From Lentihominibacter sp. (lineage in GTDB: Bacteria > Bacillota > Clostridia > Peptostreptococcales > Anaerovoracaceae): a stretch of DNA of 64,000 nucleotides. The notes beneath the pieces are model-generated. The model was not told the origin of the DNA, did not search any database, and was given only the letters and a program-made list of their open reading frames with translations. The stretch spans positions 7,284-71,283 of the forward strand of contig JBJESQ010000043.1 of assembly GCA_051882875.1 (NCBI GenBank), given 5' to 3'. Positions 1 through 8,500 of this stretch are shown one piece after another. Each line of letters begins with the position of its first letter. The first letter of the stretch is position 1. The translations under genes were made by a program, and so were the position numbers.

Positions 1-764
1 CGAACCACTGTAGGAACAAGGGTCACGGCCAGTCCCGCCTTCTCGCAGTTCCTTATTGCCTGCACCTTCTTGTCAAAGAGGGCCTCCCCCCGCAGCTTCA
101 GGTATATATCATCCCGGGTTCCGTCAAACTGCATGAATATGACAGAGGCGCCTGCCTCTTTAAGCAGGCGAGCATAGCCCTCCTCCTCAGCCAGGCGTCT
201 GCCGTTAGAATTAATCTGAATATATGAAAAGCCTTTATTTCGAGCCATGCGGATAATCTCCGGAAGGTCATCCCTGACTGTGGGCTCCCCTCCACTAAGC
301 TGAATATTAAACTCACGACCCTCTTCCCCCTGCTGCAAAAGCCAGTCAAATTTTTCGTTCATCTCCTCCAAAGTCGGTTCGTCAGGATTCAAATCCTCCC
401 CGGAGAGGGCGAAGCAGTAAGGACAGTGCTGATTGCACCTGTCTGTCACATCTATTAGAACACAGCATGCAGTCTGCAGATGATTCTCGCATGTTCCGCA
501 GTGGAGGGGGCACGAAGCATCCTCCGGGTCACCCCGGGTAATTGCTGTTTGAGGGGGGATATTCATAACAGGATGCTTTATCCATTCTTTGAAATCATCA
601 GCACGCTCCGAAGCCAGGGTTCTGAACTCACCGTGGTCGGGACATTTCTGAACAAAGAATACTCCGGTCCCCATATCACAGCAGCCCTCCTCCCGGATGT
701 AATACGCCGGAACGGGCCTCCTGCAGATTGGACATATGCTCTGTGTTCTGCTGATAATATCCAT
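1..764 (-). CDS. trsS: Radical SAM protein, TrsS-like (3' end runs off the window; not in the ORF track)
   Basis: Manual translation from ATG at 764 (SD AGGAGA): MDIISRTQSICPICRRPVPA...CPDHGEF...CPLHCGTCENHLQTACCVLIDVTDRCNQHCPYCFA...IQLSGGEPTVRDDL. It has the CxxxCxxC and GGEP motifs plus the Cys-rich N-terminus typical of TrsS, and stays open to the window edge. Confidence 0.8.
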   Translation of the reverse strand, partial: MDIISRTQSICPICRRPVPAYYIREEGCCDMGTGVFFVQKCPDHGEFRTLASERADDFKEWIKHPVMNIPPQTAITRGDPEDASCPLHCGTCENHLQTACCVLIDVTDRCNQHCPYCFALSGEDLNPDEPTLEEMNEKFDWLLQQGEEGREFNIQLSGGEPTVRDDLPEIIRMARNKGFSYIQINSNGRRLAEEEGYARLLKEAGASVIFMQFDGTRDDIYLKLRGEALFDKKVQAIRNCEKAGLAVTLVPTVV

Positions 765-812
765 TGTTATAATATCTCCTTACATCAATGCTGCTATTAA
801 TTATCTCTGTCG

Positions 813-1454
813 TCAGAGAATGGTATACCTGGTTCCCTTGAAATCAATGATACCTTCTCTCTTCATATTGTTCAGTTCATTGGAAAGTGCTGAGCGGTTT
901 ACGCACAGAAACTGTGCCAGCTGCTCCCTGCTCATCTTTATCGTGACTGTACTGCCGCCGGCTTTGCTTCTCAGAACATTGAGGTATACCATGATGCGAT
1001 CCCTCAGTCCACGCTCTGCAAGTATCTCTATCTTGTGGGCCATCTTGATATTGGCATCGGAGAGCATATAAAGCATAGCCCTGTTAATCTCCTCGCGGTA
1101 AGTGTTTCGCTCAATTGAGTGCATAGAAACAAAAACAACTACGGACTCCTCATTGCTGATATAGTCAACAGCGGCCTTCTTAGTTCGAGACGAAGATACC
1201 TCCAGTGCGAAAATCGATCCGGTATCAAATATGTCTACAATGTGAAGCTCCCCGTCCGGGTAGACCTTTTCGCTTCTGACACTTCCCTCTCTGATTATAC
1301 AGATTTTGTCAATAAGGTCACCCTCATAAAAAACAACCTCATTCTTTTTGTAGGTTCTTCCCGTTATCTTCAGCTGCTCAAAGGCCTCAATATAGTCGCG
1401 CTTGTCTATTTCGCTGAACAATCCGCTTTCGATTACTCCCTCAAGATACTTCAT
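813..1454 (-). CDS. Crp/Fnr family transcriptional regulator
   Basis: cNMP-binding-like N-terminus (VVFYEGD...GSIFALE) and C-terminal HTH (MSREQLAQFLCVNRSALSNELNNMKREGII). Confidence 0.93.
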   Translation of the reverse strand: MKYLEGVIESGLFSEIDKRDYIEAFEQLKITGRTYKKNEVVFYEGDLIDKICIIREGSVRSEKVYPDGELHIVDIFDTGSIFALEVSSSRTKKAAVDYISNEESVVVFVSMHSIERNTYREEINRAMLYMLSDANIKMAHKIEILAERGLRDRIMVYLNVLRSKAGGSTVTIKMSREQLAQFLCVNRSALSNELNNMKREGIIDFKGTRYTIL

Positions 1455-1616
1455 AAGAACTCTTCCTTTTTGTTGTCATTCTAACACAAATTATATAAAA
1501 GAAAAAACGGATTTTCATCCGTTTCCCCCGAGTCAATACTAGTCAATATCAATCACAACCTATCAAATAATCAACTTTGGCATGTATGTATGATACCCCG
1601 CATCGAGCTGTTTGTA

Positions 1617-1632
1617 TGTTGTCGTGCCAACA
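1617..1632. promoter_or_regulatory. Crp/Fnr-type palindromic box TGTTG-N6-CAACA
   Basis: Perfect 5-6-5 palindrome upstream of the Crp/Fnr gene. Related boxes occur at 5484, 16579, 16600, 16628 and 33137. Confidence 0.5.
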
Positions 1633-1656
1633 TGTCTAAATTATTTATCTTGAGTT

Positions 1657-2988
1657 TTAGCTTCGGATTTCTATCTCAGCAACATCTCTTATCCAGCGGC
1701 TTCCGTTATAATGTCCCCTGTCTCGCTGGCCGTATACCAGCCTGAAATCATCTGTGATGATTGCCGGAACCTCCTCGATAAGCTTTCCATTTTCGTCATA
1801 CCTTCCGGCCTGAAGAATTTCTGCGAGCCTGAGAGCCCTCACCACGCCCTTTTTATTAGTGACAAGGATGGTTGAATCCGCGTCTGCCTCCTCCGCCAGA
1901 ATTGCAGACAGCCTGACGCCTCTATGTCTTTCGAATACAAGCCTTCCCCTCTGCATCAGGGAGTACTCATACTCCTGGTGCTCCATCCGGTCAAACTCCT
2001 CCCGGGCAATTACCCGTAACCCGGCTCCCGGGACCGGAGTCTTCACCGCCAGCACCGCCCCATCATCAAGCTTCGGTGCCATAAGACTCTCCAGCTGCTC
2101 CATGCAAAGGCGAGCCGCAGCAGCCTCCGAACCCTTCTGCCCTCTGCAGTATTCAAACCTGGGGCATCTGCTGCAATCCTTTTTCGGCTTGGGGTTTACT
2201 GCCTTTGCATATGTATCAATTACCGTACCGGCGGAGTCAATTGTTTCCAGCTTTATTTCTGATTCCGTAACCTCAAATACTGTGGCAACGGATTCATATT
2301 CCCGCACAAAGGCCATATCCTCCAGATTAAATCCGTTAAAATATTTCGTCCCTGACACGCCCATAAGCTGGACCATAGGATACTCGGCGGAGCCCATCTC
2401 CCGGGTCCTGCAGTAAAGATGCTGATGGCCGCAGAGGATGAAATCCACCCTGTACTTTCTGAAAAGCTTCATGTAATTGTCCTGCATGGTCCTGGCCAGC
2501 ACATCATCCCCAAAGGATGTTCCGACTGTATACATCGGGTGATGCATCACCACAAAGGTCGCAGGTTTATCGTTTTCCTGAAGATCATCGCGAATCCAGT
2601 TGCCTATATATTTGTATGCAGCCTTCTGTCCTGTTCCCATGCACTGGGAATTCAGCACCAGAAAATGACAGCATCCATAGTCGAAGGAGTAGAAGCTCTC
2701 AGGAGAAGCCACCTTCAGGCTGTCCATCAGATCTCCTCCCGCCTCAAAAAACGCCTCCCATTCCTCCCGGCGATTTTCTCGTGTTCCCCTGTTCACCAGG
2801 TCTCCCCCAAGCAAAAGCAGACCCTCCCCCGGCGCCATGTCGGTCAGTGATTTCCCATCTCCTGCATACGCTCTGTCTGCTGCCATATGCAAAAGCCTGC
2901 CCCACTTGGAATAATCCGGCTCGGCGCCCTCTAGCCGGCTGGGCTGGGGATCTCCCATGTATATGAATTTTGTGGATTTGCTGTTCAT
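1657..2988 (-). CDS. Calcineurin-like metallophosphoesterase fused to a C-terminal sulfite-oxidase-like (Moco-binding fold) domain
   Basis: Start moved to ATG 2988 (SD AGGAGA). Motifs GDPQ, GGDLV, HHP and GHQH are present, but GNH is absent. A CxxCxxxxxC linker precedes a C-terminal domain with GVRLSAIL...VPAII...FRLVYGQ...WIRDVAEIEI. Confidence 0.75.
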   Translation of the reverse strand: MNSKSTKFIYMGDPQPSRLEGAEPDYSKWGRLLHMAADRAYAGDGKSLTDMAPGEGLLLLGGDLVNRGTRENRREEWEAFFEAGGDLMDSLKVASPESFYSFDYGCCHFLVLNSQCMGTGQKAAYKYIGNWIRDDLQENDKPATFVVMHHPMYTVGTSFGDDVLARTMQDNYMKLFRKYRVDFILCGHQHLYCRTREMGSAEYPMVQLMGVSGTKYFNGFNLEDMAFVREYESVATVFEVTESEIKLETIDSAGTVIDTYAKAVNPKPKKDCSRCPRFEYCRGQKGSEAAAARLCMEQLESLMAPKLDDGAVLAVKTPVPGAGLRVIAREEFDRMEHQEYEYSLMQRGRLVFERHRGVRLSAILAEEADADSTILVTNKKGVVRALRLAEILQAGRYDENGKLIEEVPAIITDDFRLVYGQRDRGHYNGSRWIRDVAEIEIRS

Positions 2989-3065
2989 ACAATTTCTCCT
3001 TGCTGTACAGGTCAAGTTTAACATACAACAGCAGCATTGCCGAAGTTATTTGTTTTCTCATACGA

Positions 3066-3097
3066 GGTGAGGACCGGGATTTCTCCCGGTCCTCACC
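3066..3097 (-). terminator. Stem-loop downstream of the 739-aa surface protein gene
   Basis: Perfect 14-bp arms GGTGAGGACCGGGA / TCCCGGTCCTCACC with a 4-nt loop. The U-tract on the minus strand is weak. Confidence 0.55.
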
Positions 3098-3160
3098 CTT
3101 TGTAAAGTTTTTATTGAGGTTATAGAAATTATGATTTTATTATCATCGAAACATGAAGTT

Positions 3161-5380
3161 CTATTTGCACTTGATCTTCTTAGCTGTTGACCATGCGCCG
3201 TATACTGTAGTTCCCTTGGAATTAGTCACACGGGCTCTTACCTTAACATAGTAAGTCTTGCCCTTCTTGAGCTTCTTTGTTACCTTTGATAAGCTCTTAA
3301 CATTAGTGTACTTAACAAGTCCCTTAGTTACAGCACTGTTGGTTCCAACGTATACATCGTATGCGCTTGCTCCGGATACACTCTTCCACTTAACTGTAAG
3401 CTTCTTTGACTTTGAAGTCAGACTTGAAACAGCTGCCTTGCCGATAGTAGTCTTAGCTGTTGCAGTTACCCACTTGCCAGATTCCTTCTGGTCAGTGCCG
3501 TATTCTGCGTAAGCGGCAACTCTGTATGCATTCGCAATGCCGGGTTCTGTTGTGTCAATATACTTTCCGTCTGCATCAGGAGTGATTGCAGTCCATACAT
3601 CATCAATCTTCTTCTCTACTGTGAATCCGTCTACAGGCTGGTCAGCTTCCCATGTAAGGGTAACCTTGTTGTAAGCTGTAGCTGCTGCCTTAACAGTTAC
3701 TGTTGCTGAACCGGCTTCAATCTTAGCGCTCAGCTGTGCAATCTGTGCTTCCAGAGTCTTGATTGTCTTTTCCAGTTCGTTTGCAGTCTTCTGGGAGTCA
3801 TATGCCGAAACTGCCTTTACTTCGTACAGATTCTCATCTGAAAGGTATACCGGAACCATATTCTCTCCGCACATTTCGCTCGGAACTTCTATGGAGTACT
3901 TGCCGCCGATGGCCTTGATTATTCCGCCTTCAACAGCCATATCTGCTTTCAGCGTTCCGCCGGTAATCTGAACTGTTCCGTTCTTAACAATGAGCTTATT
4001 GGCAGTAAGCGTCTTGCCGTTCAGGTCAAGGGTCACTGTCCTACCGACTGCATCAATGGTAACATCTTTATCGCCGTAATCAACATCGCGGTTAATCATA
4101 ACCGTTCCATCAACTGTACCTTCACTTGTTTTCTCATTTACCAGTTCCTGAAGCGTATAGACTTCATTATCAACTTCAAACAACTGATCCTGACCGAATG
4201 AACAGTAATCTTTTTCCTTCTCATTGCAGATTGCACAGTAATGATAGCAGGCTCCTTCTCTTATAAACCAAACATGGTCGCTGACGATTTCAATCGTCGC
4301 TACCTTATTTGCCCACTTGTTTCCCGGTACCTCAGCACCGTTAATGGCAGTTCCGTATATTCCCTTTGTTCCGGCTGCAGCTCCGTTCTTAATCACTTCG
4401 CCCTGATCATATATGTAGAGTTCATCTATCTCATCTTTTGTAAAGCCGTTTACAAAACCGTCAGTTGCAACAACCTTCAAGCCGTGGGCACTATCATATC
4501 CGATTCCGGCTGTTTCCAAAATGCTCTTGAGGCTGTAGAATGTTCCAACATATTTAGATCCCTTCATATTTGTCCAAGGATTCTCAGCAGTTGCTGTTGC
4601 CGATGCAGTGGATTTGATTTCGCAATCGTGTATTGCAACATCGGAATTTCCCTCCGATTTAACTGTAATTGAAGGCTCATCTTCGCCGCAGATAGCACAG
4701 TAATGCTTGCAGGTTTCGTTCTTAATGAACCAAACGTGATCGTTAGCTACTTCAACTCTCACAACGCCCTTCGCCCACTTGTTACCTGCAGAACCGTTGA
4801 TGGCTAATCCGTATGTTCCTGCGGCGCCTACGGCAGTTCCATCCTCCGCTTTTACTTCACCCTGATCATAGATGTAAACATCATCTATTTCATCCTGTGC
4901 AAATCCGTTTACAAATCCATCATCTGCAACCGATTTCAGACCATGAGCTTCATCACAGCTGATTCCTGCTGTTTCCAGAATGCTCTTAAGGCTGTAGAAT
5001 GTACCTACAAACTTGTGCTCCACGGAATCCTTAACGTATGCCCATGGATTCTCTGCTGTCGCTGTTACCGATGCTGCGGCCTTAATTTCAGCAGCTGTTA
5101 TAACTTTTGTCTCTTCGCCGACAACAAGTTCAATCGAACCGCCGGCCACTTCACCCTCAGCCAGTGCATCTATTTCAGGCTCCTCGCTTTCAGGCTCCTC
5201 TGTATCAGCTGACTGATCTGCATCATCTGTTATGGTGTCAAGCTGCTGTTCTACCCCATTATCGGTGCCTGCAGCCTCTGAAACGGCTTCTGCATCTGAT
5301 GCAAAAGCAATCCCCGTTGACATTGAAAGCAGCATTGTCAGACATACCAGCCATGCTAATGCTTTCTTGTAAAATTTCAT
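3161..5380 (-). CDS. Secreted/surface protein with two tandem sulfite-oxidase-like domains and a C-terminal fibronectin type III-like module
   Basis: Signal peptide (MKFYKKALAWLVCLTMLLSMSTGIAFA), acidic linker, and two ~125-aa repeats (GTFYSLKSILETAG...DGFVNGF...GNKWAKGV/GNKWANKV). The C-terminus is Lys-rich and FN3-like (KKLKKGKTYYVKVRA). Confidence 0.8.
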   Translation of the reverse strand: MKFYKKALAWLVCLTMLLSMSTGIAFASDAEAVSEAAGTDNGVEQQLDTITDDADQSADTEEPESEEPEIDALAEGEVAGGSIELVVGEETKVITAAEIKAAASVTATAENPWAYVKDSVEHKFVGTFYSLKSILETAGISCDEAHGLKSVADDGFVNGFAQDEIDDVYIYDQGEVKAEDGTAVGAAGTYGLAINGSAGNKWAKGVVRVEVANDHVWFIKNETCKHYCAICGEDEPSITVKSEGNSDVAIHDCEIKSTASATATAENPWTNMKGSKYVGTFYSLKSILETAGIGYDSAHGLKVVATDGFVNGFTKDEIDELYIYDQGEVIKNGAAAGTKGIYGTAINGAEVPGNKWANKVATIEIVSDHVWFIREGACYHYCAICNEKEKDYCSFGQDQLFEVDNEVYTLQELVNEKTSEGTVDGTVMINRDVDYGDKDVTIDAVGRTVTLDLNGKTLTANKLIVKNGTVQITGGTLKADMAVEGGIIKAIGGKYSIEVPSEMCGENMVPVYLSDENLYEVKAVSAYDSQKTANELEKTIKTLEAQIAQLSAKIEAGSATVTVKAAATAYNKVTLTWEADQPVDGFTVEKKIDDVWTAITPDADGKYIDTTEPGIANAYRVAAYAEYGTDQKESGKWVTATAKTTIGKAAVSSLTSKSKKLTVKWKSVSGASAYDVYVGTNSAVTKGLVKYTNVKSLSKVTKKLKKGKTYYVKVRARVTNSKGTTVYGAWSTAKKIKCK

Positions 5381-5483
5381 CTTGTCTCCTCTCTAATTAC
5401 TGATAACCATAAATTGTTTTTTTAATTATACATTGCCTTGCGTTATCATTTCAGTGGTTACAGCAATGGGCAGATGCCGCCGA

Positions 5484-5499
5484 TGTTGTTTCTCAAACA
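5484..5499. promoter_or_regulatory. Crp/Fnr-type box TGTTG-N6-AAACA upstream of a TATAAT -10 (5425-5430, minus strand)
   Basis: Near-palindrome matching the boxes at 1617, 16600, 16628 and 33137. Confidence 0.4.
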
Positions 5500-5506
5500 C
5501 ATTCAG

Positions 5507-8500
5507 TTATTTGCATCTGATTTTCTTTGCTGTGGACCAGGCTCCATACACCACAGTTCCCTTGGAGTTGGTCACTCTTGCTCTTACCTTCACATAATAG
5601 TATTTTTTCTTTTTCAAAGCCTTTGATGTTTTGCTGAGGCTCTTCACATTGCTGTACTTCACAAGACCCTTGGTAACTGCACTGTTGGTTCCAATCCACA
5701 CATCGTAGCCGGTTGCTCCGGATACAGCCTTCCACTTAACTGTAAGCTTCTTTGATTTCGAGGTCAGTCCGGATATCGCAGCCTTTCCCAGCGCTGTCTT
5801 TGCTGAAGCATAAACATACTTACTATCGTATTCGAATTTGTTCTCATCTGCCCCTTTGTACATGAGGCCTGCAGCGACCCTGTATTCGTTGGCAATACCC
5901 GGTTCAGTGACATCAGTGTAACTGTTTCCCATTACATTCAGCTCCTGCCAGCTTCCGTTAACCTTCTTTTCGGCTTTGTATATAACATCGTATTCACTGC
6001 CGCTGTCACTTGCATAGTTCCAGCTGAGTTTTACCTGATTGTATGCAGCCGGAGCCGCGCTTAGCTTTGCAGTTATATCCAGCAGCTTCACTTTAGCCTG
6101 AAGACATTCAACCTGTTCCTTCAGGCTTCTGACTGCAATCGCCGCCTCGTTGGCCGATCTGGCCGCCTCATAGGCCTCCTTCTGAGTCATGGTGTAGAGC
6201 TCTGTTTTGCCGTTAAATACAGGCACATAACCCGCTGCACAATGCTCGCCGGCTACCTCGTAGGTGTAGACCCCTCCTGATGCAGCTATCTTCCCCGTTC
6301 CCTCTGTGGCAAGGGTTCCGATTACTCTGCCGCTTCCTTTAATGTTCAGAGTTCCTGATTTAACTGTTATGCAGTTTTCCGTATTAGATGACAGGGATGC
6401 TGTTCCCAGATCAAGCACCACTGTATTATCCCCTGCATTTAATACGAATCCGTAATTTCCCGTGTCGATGTCATCCTGCAGAGTGATAATTCCGCCGCCT
6501 TCATTTGCTTTATCAAGGGCATCGATTAGATACAGCTCTTCCCCGGCATCGCCCTCCGCAGCCTTATAGATTACCTTTGGCTGTTTCAGATTGATTTCAA
6601 CAGAGGTCACCGGTGAAATAAGTCTGTTGCCTCCCAGGGCCGCATTCTCATCAAGTTGCTCTTTGCTCATGCCGTAGCCGAAACGTATGGTACCATTAAT
6701 TTTAGCTTCCTTGGCTATCGTCTCAAGGCTTCCTGCTCCCGTGTTCCAGGCTATTGCAAATGCAGCAGGTGCATCATATTCATTGCCGTTTTCGTAATAC
6801 TTGCTGCAGGTATTAAGAGTATCCATGCTTACAGTTGCAGATGTGCTTGTGCATACTACCTTTATGGAATCAACTCCATCAGATACAAGTCCCTGTTCTT
6901 TCAGCAGGGTTTCCAATGTCACATACTGGGTAACCGCTTCAATATTGTCAGACTTGCTTCCATAGGAATAACCGATAGGCTTGTCTGAAATCTTCAGGCT
7001 GTCAAAGGCCTCCACCGAGTAGGTCTTTGATGCAATTTCCTTGTTGCCCTTCTTGACTGTTACCTTTATTGCTTCCTTGTCCTTGACCGCAGTAATAACA
7101 TTTCCCTTGACCAGCACTCTGCCGCAATCCTTGCAGCACAGATCTCCCGAATAACCATCTGTCATCCATACAGCTTCTTTTTTCCCTACTGTTACCTTGT
7201 TTTCACTGTGTTCCGTTGAAAACAGTCCGTAGGACAGTCCGCAGCTGTCGCACACTGCCAGCTCATTGCAGGTTGCTGTTCCTCCGCTGTGAACGTGAGT
7301 TGACGATGCCTTTGCAATTTCCGGATACCCAGCCGCCTTAAGCTGGAATACGCTGTTGTCGTTTACAGCTGCCAGCACCTTGCTGCTGTCAGCGAAATCC
7401 GCTGCTGATGCTTTCTTAATTCCTTTGCTGTATGCGGCTGACGTGTCAAGCTCATTCTGAGTCATTCCCCCCTGGGCATAATCGCAGGAGGTGTCAAGAT
7501 AGTACACATCCTCAGTAACATTGGTGCTCCTCTTCATGTCTTTGCCGATAATTGCCCCGATGTTTTCCTTAGGCATATCACCGTCTACCTTACGGACATT
7601 TCCATAGTTAAAGGAATTGTACACCTTGTAATAAGAGCCGAAGCCTATGATTCCTCCTGCGCAGTCATAGTTTGAGGTTCCCTGTTCATAGGTTATTGTG
7701 CCGGCATTGTAGCAGCTGTCTATGGTTGAACTGCTTGACACTGAACTTCCTGCAATTCCTCCGATATTTCTTCCGTAAGCATAGAGGTTGCCATAGTTTC
7801 CGGAGCGGCTGATCCTGCCGCTGAGGTTTCCGACTATTCCGCCTACATAGTTCCCTCCTGTATCCGGGCAGTTCACATTGCCTTTGTTCATGCAGCCTTC
7901 TACTTCGCATGTACCCTTAAGCTCACCAACAATACCGCCTATTGTGCCGTAGCCTTCAACTGATGCGTAGTTGACACAATCGCTTATACTGCAGTTCCCT
8001 GTAGCGTATCCAACAATAGCCGCCGCGTGTCCGTTGCCGTTGGTCCCCTTCACCACGCAGTAAGAGCTGCATCCGGTCACATTGGTATTCTCAGCTCTTG
8101 CCACGAAGCCGCAGGCATCCTGCCCTTCGCTTGTTCCCCATATTTCCAGGTTCTTGACAACAGCTCTGTCGTTTGCACTGCTGCCTTTGCAATATTCGAA
8201 GAGCCCGTTAGCCGAGCCTTCGTAGTCCGTTATCTTGTGGCCGGCTCCGTCGAAGGTTCCTGCGAAAGGCTTATCTGCCTGGTAGTCGCCGATTCCGTCC
8301 CAGAAACGTCTGCCGCTTGTTCCGTCATCGTTCTTAAGGGAAATATCAGCTCCCAGCTTCACGGTTTTACCGCTAAAGGATTTGCCCTCATCAACCAGTA
8401 CCGAAAGTCCCGCCAGCTGCTCCGGAGTGGTGAGGGTAAACTCTGCGCTGTCAGCCTCGTACCAGCTTGTATCCGCCTTGTAGTCCCACATTTTCTTGCA

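Noticed and set aside
98-349. 83-aa minus-strand ORF, and the plus-strand ORFs at 480-800 and 736-1071
   Set aside because: Off-frame or antisense shadows of the radical SAM gene (1-764) and the Crp/Fnr gene.
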